Shown here: positions 1 through 12,700 of the stretch, in pieces | Layout of the letters: every line of letters starts with the position of its first letter | Numbering within the stretch: the stretch's first letter is position 1 | From: Selaginella moellendorffii | Taxonomy: Eukaryota > Plantae > Lycopodiophyta | DNA length: 64,000 nt | Assembly: GCF_000143415.4 (NCBI RefSeq) | Contig: NW_003314349.1 | Span: 629,172-693,171 of the forward strand | Direction: 5' to 3' | Position numbers and translations under genes: made by a program | The notes under the pieces: model-generated | What the model saw: only the letters and a program-made list of their open reading frames with translations | What the model was told of the DNA's origin: nothing | The model's database searches: none

Positions 1-936
1 AGGATCTCCTCCGAGAAGGCCGCTATCGCGGAAGCCAAGGAGCTGACCGAGCTGGAGAAGAAAGAGGGCACCGAGTTCCCAGGCTCGGACTACCGCAGCG
101 ACAACCACAAGGAATGGATGTCGACGCTGGAGCTGGGAAGGATCAAGGTGAGAGACGTGCTATGGCCGGGAACTCACGACTCCGCCACGGACAAGATTGG
201 AATCTATGGCGTGTCGCGGCCATTCGCGCAGTGCCAGTCCCTCTCGATCTACAAGCAGCTCTGCCAGGGAGTCCGCGTGTTTGACATCCGGGTGGAGAGC
301 ACTGGAAGAGTTTGCCACGGCATTCTCAAGAGCTACAAAGCCGACACTGTCATCGCCAGCCTCAAGAAGTTCCTCTCCGAGACGAAGTCCGAGGTGGTGA
401 TCCTGGAAGTGAGGACCGAGTTTGGCTACGATGATCCTCCCGAGTATGACAAGTGGCTGGTCGACCAGATCGGAGCTGACAACCTCGTCACCCACGACGC
501 CAACGTTTTCGACAAGACGCTCGAGGAGATCCTGCCCAAGAGAGTGATTTGCATCTGGAAGCCGAGGAAGACCGCGGCCCCATCGCCCGGGAGCTTGCTC
601 TTCAGCTCGGCCTTCCTCAAGGATAACTGGACCGACACCGATCTTCCACTCGCCAAGTTCAACGCGAACATGAAGCATCTGGGAGAGCATCCGGCGAACA
701 AGGATCGAAAGTACTTCTATCGCGTGGAGAACACTTGCACGCCGCAGGTGACCAGCGCCATCCTTTGCGTCTATCCGGTGACGAACAGGATCCGGCCGAG
801 AGCGCGGCTCTTCATCTCGCAGGCTTACAAGAAGGGACTGGGTGATCATCTCCAGATCTTGTCGCAGGACTTTGTCGACGACGATGATCTCATTGACGCT
901 TGCATTGGAGTGACAAAATCTCGTCAATCCTCGTAA
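1..936 (+). CDS. PI-PLC X-domain (PLC-like phosphodiesterase) protein, 5' end outside the window
   Basis: WPGTHDSAT...QL..GVRVFDIR...CHG motifs of the PI-PLC X domain. The frame is open from base 1 (RISSEKAAIAE...EFPGSDYRSDNHKEWM), so the true start lies upstream. No introns in the visible part. Confidence 0.88.
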   Translation, partial: RISSEKAAIAEAKELTELEKKEGTEFPGSDYRSDNHKEWMSTLELGRIKVRDVLWPGTHDSATDKIGIYGVSRPFAQCQSLSIYKQLCQGVRVFDIRVESTGRVCHGILKSYKADTVIASLKKFLSETKSEVVILEVRTEFGYDDPPEYDKWLVDQIGADNLVTHDANVFDKTLEEILPKRVICIWKPRKTAAPSPGSLLFSSAFLKDNWTDTDLPLAKFNANMKHLGEHPANKDRKYFYRVENTCTPQVTSAILCVYPVTNRIRPRARLFISQAYKKGLGDHLQILSQDFVDDDDLIDACIGVTKSRQSS

Positions 937-1097
937 GTTTTCGGTTGCTTTTCGGTTTGTATAGATCTAAGATATAAGTTTGTGGATCTATAAGAGCTCA
1001 AGGAGCTCGAGTGGATTTACGAGCGAAAAAGTGTACACTGGATTGGATTCTTCTACGAATAAGATCGATGGAAAGTTTGGCGATCTTTGACGTAACT

Positions 1098-1736
1098 CTA
1101 GCTAGTGTTGGATGCCAGGGATTCTTCTGGCATTTCTTCGTCCAGATCCTCCTCCTCCTTTGGAACTTTGATCCGCGGGTTGAGTTGATCCTTCCACGAG
1201 AATGAAAACTCCACTGGAGCATCGGCCAGTCCCTCGGCTTGAAGCTCCTCCTCGAGCAGCTTGCCGATCTCGTCCGTCATGTCTTGCGGGCTTGGATCGA
1301 GCTGGAGTTGCTCCATCGTTTTCACTTCCACCACCTGGTCGTGTAGCGTGAACTCTGGATCGATGGACTCTGGAGTGTTTGGTTGCAGGGATGCTTTGCC
1401 AGTGACAGCGTCTTGGTTGGACGATCTCGTGAGTTCTTCCAGGTCGAGACCCTTGATCTTCATGGTGCCAATGTTTACTGCCAAGGCAAAGAACGGAAGC
1501 AAAGGTTTTAGCTTCCATAGCTTGTGAGAAAGGTGGCAGCTTTACCGACAGCTCCTTTGTTGGCGAGCGCTGGAAGAAACCTTTGCAAGTGTCTCTCCGC
1601 GTCCTCGTCCGCTTTGAGAGTCTCACACTCGAAAGAGATTTGGAGATGGTTGTTTGGATCGCTCGCCTTCGCTGCTTTGATCACATCCTCTTCCCACCTT
1701 ATCGGAACAATTAAACCACAGCTTAGCTCAAAGAAA

Positions 1737-1776
<40 letters not shown>

Positions 1777-2194
1777 CTCACCCATGAACATCATCCACAT
1801 TGTGGAACCTCGAAGCGTCCTGTCCTCTACACTCGACGATCACGCTCGTCTCCTTCTTAGTCTGGAAAAAAAGAGAGAGAAAAAAAAAAAACAAGAAAAA
1901 CCATGAAAACGGTGCTACAAATCGATCGATCCCATACTCTGTAGTCCAGCAGCGTGAGATTGATGAGACGATAGTCCTCCGCTCGGCTGCATTCTCGCGC
2001 GCAAGGGATTTCTAGGAGCGACAAAGAAGAAAAGAAATGGATCATCGTCTTCGCTAAAACCCAAAGGTTTTTCTCTTACCTGTTCCATACAAACCGAGGC
2101 ATGAAGACGATGGAGGGTGGACGAAGTGACCCGAGATAGAGCCGGATGGAAGCAGCGCAATGGAGGCGATGCCTTGGATCTCTTCCAGCTCCAT
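1098..2194 (-). CDS. Conserved plant protein of unknown function, ~5 exons
   Basis: Spliced reading MELEEIQGIASIALLPSGSISGHFVH..LGLYGT | EIPCARECSRAEDYRLINLTLLDY | ..VIVECRGQDASRF..VHG | WEEDV..ISFECETLKAD..RFLPAL.. | VNIGTMKI with GT-AG introns. It resembles a conserved uncharacterised land-plant family (from memory). Confidence 0.7.
1741..1771 (+). repeat. (GA)n microsatellite in an intron
   Basis: About 15 GA units seen directly. Confidence 0.95.
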
Positions 2195-2200
2195 AGTTAC

Positions 2201-2253
2201 ACGAAGAACCCTAAAACCCCGTAACGAAGAACCCTAAAACCCCGTAACGAAGA
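2201..2253 (+). repeat. 23-bp tandem repeat (~2.3 copies) with a telo-box-like core
   Basis: ACGAAGAACCCTAAAACCCCGTA x2 plus a partial copy, filling the spacer between two genes. Confidence 0.85.
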
Positions 2254-2282
2254 AAAGGATAGGTATTATATATAAGCCTGTT

Positions 2283-3472
2283 CTATCTAAACACCTCGGG
2301 TTTCTTTGGCTTGCTCAAAATGGTCGACTCGATTCTGTCCATGAGCTCCGGAGTTAGCTTCTGGATCACCTCCAGCGCCTTGACATTCTCCACGAGCTGA
2401 AAAGAAAAAGATCCAAGCTTTGATCTACAAAGCTTTGAGTGAGACAATGTAGTACCTGGCTTTCTTTCGTAGCTCCAGTGATCACAGTGCTCACGTTTGG
2501 ATTCGAGGCACACCACGCTATCCCCAGCTGCGCCAGTGAGATCCCCAGCTCTCTGGCGATGGGTTTCAAGTTGTCAACTCGGCCCAAGACGTCTGGAAGC
2601 AAAGATCGACTCGCCAAGTTCTGGAAAATCACGATGATCGCACTAGTTAGATTACTCCAAAGCAAACACTTTGTAGCGCAAATGGAGCAACTTTACACTG
2701 TAGTTGTCGAGAGCAAACCGGCTGTCCGCTGGGATCACTCCTTTGCTATACTTCCCCGTCAAGACCCCCGATGCTAATGGACTCCAAGTCGCGACTCCCA
2801 AACCATAGTTTTGGTACAACGGAAGAAACTCCACCTCCACCTATTTGGGAAACCAGACTGTTGGAGAACACAAGATGAGAAAACACCACCTCCACGAACC
2901 TTTTCTCTCGCGAGAAGATTATACTCGGGCTCCTCCACCATCGGCCCCATCATCCCCAGCCTCCTGGCAATCTCCCAGCACTCGGTGATCTGCTGAGCAC
3001 TCCACTCGCTCGTCCCCCAGTACAAGGCCCAGCCATTGTCCACAATGTAGTTCATAGCTCTCACTGTCTCCTCGATCGGAGTGGAGGTATCCGGCCTGTG
3101 ACACAGCATGATATCCACGTAGTCCATCTGGAGCCTCTCCAAGCAGCCTTTGGTCCCCTCGATTATGTGCTTCCGCGAGAGACCCTTGTCGTTGGGACCG
3201 GCTCCTCCCCAGAAAACTTTGGTGGTGATCACCAGGTCTGATCTCCGCCACCCAAGTTCCTTGACAACTTCCCCGATGATTTCTTCGGCCCGGCCATTGG
3301 CGTACACCTCGGCGCTGTCGAAGAAGTTGATGCCAAACTCTCGGGCCTTGGCCATGAGCACCTTGGCTTCCTTGGTCTCCATTTGATTCCCAAAGCTCAC
3401 CCAGGATCCATAGCCAAGAGCGCTCACCTTGAGGCCTGTGCTTCCCAGCTGGTTGTAGAACATTTGCGCCAT
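2283..3472 (-). CDS. KAB1: Voltage-gated K+ channel beta subunit (aldo-keto reductase family)
   Basis: [75 protein letters not shown] and [10 protein letters not shown] motifs across ~4 exons. Confidence 0.93.
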
Positions 3473-3786
3473 CGCAGTCGATAGTTTTTGCTCTCGTCAA
3501 GCACGGATGGAGGTGCCTTTCTCTCGGCCAGGATCACGATCAATCGCCAGATCCAACGAATCCATGAAGATGATGCTGGGACTGTCATGCGGCCATGAAA
3601 CCTAACGACTAACTGTCAAGGCAGTTTCAAGACAGCCGGAAAGAAAAAAAAGGTGCTCACGGACTGTGACTTTGAGCTTTCGTGTGCACTATTCTCGGGC
3701 CAAGCTGGAGTCTCCAATCGCGACGAGCTGAAAGAACCAATAACAGATGAAAAAAAAAACAGGACGAGAGAGCTTACACTGATGAG

Positions 3787-6700
3787 CTATGGTCGAAACA
3801 TTCGGTGGATGGAGGTGACAAACTGGCGGCAAAACGGGCACCTTGAGAGCGAGGAGCAGCAGCTATGGCACAGGACATGGCCGCAGGGGACGAGGAGGGA
3901 ATTCACTTCGGAGTTCAGGCATATCCTACATGTCCACGACGACTTGAGCGTCTCGGCCTCTTGCACTGCGGCATCTGCTCGTTCCTGAGTAGCAAAGCCG
4001 TTTGTGAGCACGACCAACAAGAAGGAAAGAAAATGAAAACTTACTTGCTCCGAGAGGAGAGATGCGTTAGAGGAATTGAGCTGCTCCTGGAGAGAGAGCG
4101 TGTGTTCGAGCAGCGATTGTCTCTCGAGGGTGAGAGGAAGTCCTAGCGAAGTTAGAATGTCTGTAATCGCCTGTGCGTAGCCTGCAACCCCAAGAATGGC
4201 TGCTTCATTTTTCTGCAATGAATCATTCCAAGTTATGAGTTGTACAGGTAGAAACGAAGAAGAAAAAGAATAGAAGAAACTTACCTCATGCCGGGAGGTT
4301 GATAAGTTTTCTGGGCCCTTTCCCATCGTTGTTTCCTCACTACTTTCGCCCGCAGCACCAAGAACAACGGCTGCCTGTTCACTTGAAGCGGATGAGCCTC
4401 CACCCGTGCTCTTGAAAGATAAAATGTTGGATGACGAGAGAATCTCCACTTGTCCCGGACTGGTCTCGACGTGGATCCGAAACAACGGCTGTCCTGCGGG
4501 GGCTCTAATATCCTCCACAACACGACCATACTTGAGCTGCGACTGTTGTCCATCTCTGTGCCATCCTACAACCTCTCCACGGTAAAACGGTCTCAGTGGA
4601 CAAAACTGGAGGGCCCTGGCATCAACTGGAGCTACTGATGATCCAAGCAATGCCTCCACTCCCCCATCTCTTCCCTGACGATCGGCTTCACTGCCCGTGG
4701 CAATGATTCTGGCAACCTGGTCTAGTTTGTCACCCACGCCAGCCTTGAAAAACGGTCCGAGAGGAAGGCTAACCGAGCACTCCAGAAGCCGGCTGACAAG
4801 AACTGCGAGTAGATCCGGAAGAGCAATAAAAGTTGGCGGTTCGGCTACGAGGAGGGTGGTCTGTGATCGGCTGATGAAGAGAAAAGCTTGATGCTGGCCC
4901 GCTCGAGTAATATCTTTCAGACTCGGTACCAGCAAAAACCTTGTGCGAAGTCGTCTGACGAACTTAAGTTTCTCGCAGGCTGCTTGGAGAGTATCCAAGA
5001 TATGTTGCTCGGTGATTTGGTGCGGTCCACGGAGTAAGGACTGGACCGAGCACGCAAAAGCTTTGCTCCCAAGCTGAGCCTTCACGGCCGACAGTGAATA
5101 CTCACCAAGAGAATCCACATACTCCAGAGGCTCCGAGTCATCAATTTCCTACGACCATCGACAGGAAATCAATTCTATAACAGAAATTGAATAGCAAGCT
5201 TACCTCAAGAACAGCCTCTGAGAGCTTCTTCACATGCAGCACGTCACAGAGCGCCACCGGAAGGCTCGGATGCACGAACCTCAGCTTGGTCGTGTCTATA
5301 TTTTCGACCAAACGGGCTCCAGCAGCGTCAACATAAGCACAAGCGCTGGCATGGACCAGCCTTGCGGTCTCGTCGGGAACAACAACGTCTACAGTGCGTA
5401 AGTCGCTTTTCTTTGAGGTCTCCCAGATGAAACGCAAGATCGAAAGCACGGCTTGAAGCTCGTTGGGGTTGAGGTGGTGAAAACCGCTTGTTTGCTGGAG
5501 TTGGACAAGGAGAGCTACCATTGCTGGAACCGTTGGGTCGTAATGCATCCCAAGAGCCGAAAGGATGTCCACGTATGAAAGATAAGCTCTTGGAGCCTCG
5601 AAAATGTAGGGAGCAAGATCCATGCCCAGTCTTGTGTACAGAGAGCTCGCTGTTACAAGACGGGTACCATTCGCGACTGGTATAAAAGCATGGAGTGACA
5701 GTTCCTTTTTATCTGCAAGAGAAAATATAAGACTCTGTAGAGAACCAGTGTGTACACACCTGAATCCGAGAGCCCATCCCAGGCAGTGCTCAAGTAGGAG
5801 AGCACCTCGCCAAAAACCTCCTCAACAGATCTTGAGCCTTTGCCATTTGGCCATCTCGCAAGAACGTCCTCGCCACCATTTTGTCCAACAGCCTGAATAG
5901 AAAAAAATCGAACTTTATCAGCTGGAGCAAGAAAAGAACAAAAAATTCGTTGATGAGCCCACCTGAAGATGTCGAATGACCACTGAGATTAGTGGTGGAC
6001 TTCTTAAGTGAAGAGCTCCCCAAGCGAACTGTGGAGGCACTGAGTTCGGTCGAAAGAGCACAGGACAGCAAGTCCATCCGAGCGGCCAATCTTTCACCAA
6101 GATAGCTTCGTTATAGGACGCAAGTACCCGGTTCGGACTTCCTCCAGCTACGCTTGGAATCCCATTCTCTGCTGGAACGAACGCAATCTTACTAAGTTTA
6201 TCACAGAAGTTGCTGTTGTAGACCGCGGCAAAGTTGTTCATAATCTCTTCCACCAGCATGCCTGCCATCGACCAAACTGCATCCGAGACATTCCGACTGG
6301 ATCCGTTGGTCTCAATTTTCAGTATAGCTAATCGATCCGAGTGTAAATCCCGTTTCCCAAGTTCTTCGATCTTTTTAGCACACTCCAAGATCAATGCTGG
6401 ATCCTTGAGTGAGCACAGACCGCAGCGACGTAATATATGTAGCCATCGCGAAGTTCCAAACTTGCCACCCGGAAACCTTGAGCGTTCCTCCGCGAAGATT
6501 TGTTTGAGTAGAACGTTTTCTGGATCAACGAGCTCTTGTGGAGAACTTAAGTTGGTAGGAACGGTCGATGCCGAGGTGACGAACTTTGTAGATCTCAAGG
6601 CGTTGACCACGGCAGAGTCCTTAATGTTATCCCAGTCTCGATAGACGTAAGCCATCACTGCTTCCTGCTCGCTGCTACTTAGCTGGTTGAAGTTTGGCAA

Positions 6701-9700
6701 GGCATACCGAACAAGTATTCCAGTATTTCCAAGGTTTGGAACTCCCAACAGTTGATAAAACGCGTCTCCTCGCCCGGACAAGCGGTGCTCATCGTCAGGT
6801 TGTATGAAAGTCTCGGAAGAAACCGTATAGTAAACTGCTGGATCGATTTTTACGTAGCTGCCTCGGATGGTTTCATAGATTGGAAGCGACTGTAGCAACG
6901 AGAGTTCCTGGCTCGACAGTGAATTTTCATCTGGATCGTGATATAAAGCCACTGTTGCCACCAAAGCGTAGAGCTCCTTGCATTCGTCTGGGGATAGAGA
7001 TGCCTCTCTTGCAAGCCAAAAACCAGCTTGCTCGAGCGCAAGGAACTTAGAGACGACTATATCTACCAGTGGGTTCCCCGGCTCAGAAAGGCAACATTGT
7101 AAAGCACGGCAGTCCGTAAAGTCACTGTGGTATACTGGAACGCCGAGCTTGCCTAGAACGGAGACCAGCCAGGGATATCCCTCGTCAACCTCGGCCAAAG
7201 CTCTGGCGCATGCCTTCGAGAAATCACCATTCGTTTCCTCGTCGGTTGATAACGTGAGAGGAGGAACAAATGTAAGCTTGCTTTGTCCAACACGCACTAG
7301 AGCGTTTCTCGAGTCAATCGTTGCAGGAATAAGCGGCATTGCGGAGAGAAGTGATAAGTCCTCGACAGAAGTAGGATCGACGTTGGTCCATAAATTTCGT
7401 ATCCATTCTGCTGAAGGTTCCTGTTGGTTCCAGTCCACTGAAGGAGTTGAAGCCGAGGCCCAGCTTCTTGGAAGAACTGTCCATATGTTCGCGGCTATAA
7501 CTTGTGGCGAGAACGGTCTCAAGTTCATGCGACGCTGGAAAGCCTTGTTGTAGAATAATGCCGCCAGAAGAGGCCGCTCCAAGCACAAAGGGTGTAGAAA
7601 CCTCTTCATGCACGCAGGAAGGAGAAGTTGCTCCTCTCGACTTGCCACCCAGACTTCCAGCGTCCCTAGCTTAACCATAAACTCATTCGCCGTGGGACAT
7701 GTTACACCTTTCAGCTCGGCCAAGACCGTGTTACTGAGTTCCAAGTCGTCAGGAACTCCACCCTCTGTTGTCACGTCAAAACTTTGCTGGACTGCATCCA
7801 TGCAGCAATACTCGAGAAGATCGATCTGAGTGGTAAGAGACTGAACGGCAGCTGCTACCGACGGCACTTTCATTAGAGCTCTCAAAGCTTGCGGTTTGAG
7901 CTCCTTCATTGGCACGCCAACAGCTCCTTCCACTTCCTTTCCAAGCTCCCAAGGAACTGTAAATATCCGGTGGTGAGATTTCAGAAAGTCGGAAACCGAT
8001 GCCTTTGGTGCGACTCCCTGCCCAGACGGAGCAACGAAAACACCATCACTGTATTTTACCATGCCGCTTCCCCCATGTAGCTCCCATAGAGGCATATCCA
8101 CCAGCCTTGCGTACATAGGCTTGATCAGCCATTTTGCCAAGCACCGAGAATCATTGGAACTAGTAGCAGCTGCAGATCGTGGCCAAAGTGAATAGAAACT
8201 CCAGCTGCTGCTTCCTTCGGAGCTACCCGCCTGTCCAATAAGTTGCAGGTGTTGAAGTTCTTGCAGCAACTCGATGTAGGAGTGAGAAACGCAGGAAAGT
8301 AACTGTCGGTTCCATGTAGCTCGGAGGATATCGTCCGAGAATCCGGGCCCAGAGTGTGATCCTAGCATTCCAACTTTGACGGGATACTCCCCAAGCGATT
8401 CGTCAAAGCAGTACCGACCGCCAGCCGTGAACGGTAAAAAGTTGCCAAAAATTGTAACCGGTATGTTGAAGTTGAGAGTCACTGGAAGAGGACACAGTAT
8501 AGAGTTATGGGAGCATACTGCTTCTTCTATCATTCGGCCGTCGACGGAAATACATGCTGCAACACCAGCGATAGGAGTAAGCTGATAATGTAAGTATCTC
8601 CTGCAAGACAACGACTTAAGATGAGTATACACAAGGAATAGAATGTACGTAGCTACCTGTCCAAGGCCATGTCTCGAGTTTGTCCAGAAGATAAACTTTG
8701 GACAACTAGCCATTTTGTCATTCTTGTGTTGCCATCTTCCTTCAGAAAAACATCAATCGTATGAGTTTTTGTCACGGTGTTCGAGCTGCCAAAGAAATTT
8801 GAGAGTTGAAACTTCCGCCAATTCTTTTCCTGAAAAGGATGACGAAGTGCTGCAAATGCAGAGCCTACGGACACTGAGAAAACTTCATGAAAAGGCTCAA
8901 TAATGGTTTGTTCCGATATCACCACCTAAAGAAACATCAGCACACTAAAAAGAAAATTTCAAGAACTTTACCTTTTCCACAGATTTCAAAAACAGTATGC
9001 TGGTTGAAGCGTATTTCTTGAGACTATGAAACATATTTGGAACCTTCTCAGCTATGTTGGCCTTTCCAGGATGCAAAGGCAAGCGAAAGAATGTAACACT
9101 AGTAGAATCCAACGAGAGTTCCTCATTTAAGTTGAAAGGATGAAATTGGTCGCTGAACCTTTCGGAGAGACCAGTACCTAGAAGAAGACCAAAGATATTA
9201 CGAGAGAAGTTTAAAGGACAAAGTTTGCATACCTTGCAAAGAAAATGCCTTTCCAATGGGATTTCCTGTTGGATCTTTCCTCCCATCTGCGAGAGCTGGC
9301 GCCAGTACTTGACCAGATGGATCGAAAAGATATAGACAGCCCATGGATATCACCATCAGCAGATCAGTTATTTGGTAAGAACCAAACAAGCCAGTTCCAT
9401 ATCTGCATGCTCGTCCATGGAACTTAACAGGTGGACTTGTATGAAGTGAGCATATTTCCTCCGTTGTCAAGTTAACGCCTTCAAAAGCAACAAGCAATGC
9501 TGGTCCTTGAAAATCGCCTGCAACAGAGAAAGCAATCGAAGTTAGATCCAAACATTCTTGTCACAAAGTCTTACTCATGTTTGGCTGTAGAAGCGACTGT
9601 TTAGGATGGTCTGTCTGGTCATATACGAAGTGCACCTTTCGAGCTTGACAACAATCTGCCACTTCAAGAAGATCGAAAAGCAGCATCTCTTCATCGCCAC

Positions 9701-12700
9701 CAGCGCCAAACTTCGCAAGCAGCTCGTTTATCTTGCCAATCCCAAGGCATGGCAAGCTGCTCGTCATCTCTTGATCCACCACTGACAAGTAACGGAGCGA
9801 CCTTGCTCCAAGTTGCCTCGCCAGATTGTTGTCAACGTCTGGATGCACCAGCCTAAGGCCACCGGCTTGTGAGCCATCTTCACTGAGCCACGGCGCATCG
9901 TTGTACACTAGAGCCTTCGCAGGAACGAGCTGTGAAGCAGCATCCGGGATCAGTATCGACTCGTAGATGGAGCGGTCAGCTGTTTCAAGAACTTCCGACA
10001 GAGTCCCCAGAACACTTAAAACGAACGTAAGCTGCTCCGGGCTGAGAGCGTCACCTTTGACGTCGGCAGCTACACGTTCAAGGATACTGACGTAGTCACC
10101 GGCAGAAAATGTTTCGCGTACGCCCAGCTTTGTAAAGAGCTCCTTAAACTCGAGAAAGTCGACCGGCAGGACGTGAAGGTAAGGATAGAAGTGTGCCGGT
10201 GAATCAAACGCTGCCTCTTTGGCACGGATGAAACCGTCACCAATCCACAACCAGGCGTGTCCTTCCACCATCGACTGAATGATCAGCATTTCGTCGGACT
10301 TGGAAAATCCCTGGAGAAGTTTGTAAATGTCTTTCACACTGCTTGATAATGTCAAGGTCGTTTCTTCGTCCAAAACATCCCTGCTATAGCGTTTGGAGAG
10401 TTCTATAAGCTGATGAGCTAGCACGTTGGCCTTGAGTGTCTGAGTCCACCCAAGCTTCTCCCGAAGAAACGAGCTACAATCGCCATCAAGAATCCGCATT
10501 GCTCCCGAAACAAGCCAAATATCTGACGCTGGCCGCACAAGCTTTGGAGATGCGACGAGTGGCAATTGTCCAGGTAGCCAAGGAAGAAGTTGATTCGGAG
10601 ACGTTCCACGGACAGGACACCAGCTGATGCTTGAAAGTTCCACCCAGAAGTGAGAGTCTATGTCAGATAAGCTCGTCCCAACCACTGGCACGGACTCGTC
10701 ACTGACTGCAAGGCCATCCATATGAGCAAGTAACGCCTTTCCCCTCCGACTTGCTTCGGAATCGTCCGTGGCACTGATCATTCCGACCGATCGAGCACTG
10801 TCCAAGAGACCTTCCTGTTTAAGTGACTTTCTGAGGCCCAGGACAACCAGTACGTCTAGTAGATCAGCCGCTTGAAACTCATGGGCCGGAAAAAATGCTT
10901 TTCTGTCAAGGAGCGTCAGCAGCTCCGAAATCCTGGGATCGTAAAGCCTGGACAGCCATGCGTGTTAAGAGAAATCAAAGAAGGAAAAAAAAATGGCAAA
11001 CCTCTCAGGTGCCTCGATAGCATTCGATCCTGTTGGCACGAAAGCAAGTTGAGATAACGATGCAAGAGCAGCCTCCTCCATTTCTCCGATGAACAGAGCC
11101 AACTCCTTCGAGACTTTTAGGAAGGCTTTCATCCTGTCACCTTCCGAGACTTGCTTGATACAGTCGACGAAGTAGCTTGCAAAGTAGTCTTTCTTGTCCA
11201 CCTTCTTCAAGCCGAGGTACGTTTGCAAAATGTGCTCCTCTTTCCCAGTCTCAGCTTGAATAAACATATCTGCAAGCAGCTGTCCATCGATCCCGTCGGG
11301 CGCAATCAGCTGCTCGGACTCGGCTATACAAATGAAGTCCCCTCCGCTTTCAAACAGGCGCAACATCTTGAGCACTTGGAGCTGCACAGCGTCCATCTGT
11401 CCCAGAGCAAACCATTTCTCTTGAAACAAAAAATGCCTGAGCTCCCTCACTTCAAATGCCGAGCAGTCCCTGAGCAAAGTTGGCACCATCTTTAAGTTTC
11501 CTCCGGCTGCCGCGAAAAAGGCAAGGAGGATGCCGTGTGCACTTGCAGCCTGTACGTGGTCTCGCAGCTGCACTGGAAGGTCACCTTTCAGTAGGAAACA
11601 GCCACTTTTCTGGAGCAGACTGGTCATGTTTTCGCTCCATCCATCATTGACGATGATCGAGCCACCCTTGTACAACCTCACAAGCTTATCATCTGTTGTC
11701 GGTAAGAGAGGCCAGCTCTCAAAGTTCGATAAGCTCTCACGATGACGAGCGATGTAGTGCCAGAAGAGAAGCATCCAATCGGTACTTGGATGACCACGAG
11801 TACCGGGAGTCCACGTAACGATATCCTGTCCACTCCACTCCAGTGGTAGCACCAGAGGAAGAAGCTCTTGGAGAATGAGAGGAGTCATCACGTAAACATT
11901 TGATACGGCATTCGCAGCCATGTCTGTCATCTTGAGGGATATGTCCTCTCCCACTTCAGGATCCACGAGCATGTGTGGGAGAGCATCTTTAAGTAGCCTG
12001 TGATCGTCTCCACCTGCTAATATAATCTTCTCCCCAGTAGATCTTGAGTTGAGCGTTCCAAACGAACCATCTGATAGAAGAACCAAGGCCAAGCCATATA
12101 GCTTGCTTTCATCCGCTGAGCTCTGGACATCAGAGAGGGAGTACTTCAGAGCCAGAATGCTGATCCGCCTCTCTAAAGTTCGTCTGCTGGCGATCAGCAG
12201 CCTTTGTAGAAGACGAGGCGAGAAAAACTTCAAGGACGGGCACACTTCTCGGAACCTCGTAGTCACGGCTTCAGGGACTGATATCAATGGAAGGCCAATT
12301 TCCACAAGAGCATTGCCAAGCTCGGTCATCTCCGGGAATGAAAAGTCTGGGAACACGGCCTGTTTCGCAGAGATCCATTTGCCACCTCTTAACGTTGTGA
12401 ACAAAACAGGCACCTCCAAGTCGATCACAGCTTTATAAACCTGCGTAACTAGCTGCTTCCATGGCTCTCCAACGCTCTGAGTTGGCCACAGTGAACTATA
12501 ACTCGCAGAAGGTCCCAGCTCGCGAGAAGCACGATGAAGAAGCCGAGCATACGCAGGAGCTGCTGCATCCTGAAGAAGAAAACTGTTCCACTGCGACCTG
12601 AGCTTTCCTCCTCCAACCATGTCACCACCATACCATATATCTCTCCGATTTGCAGATAGTTCGAAGTAGCCATTTACGTGTATTGGAAGCCCGACGACAA

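Noticed and set aside
160-927. Long antisense ORFs over real genes (also 39273-40040, 47105-47734, 53868-54443 and many inside sacsin)
   Set aside because: Shadow ORFs expected from GC-rich codon usage; no motifs.
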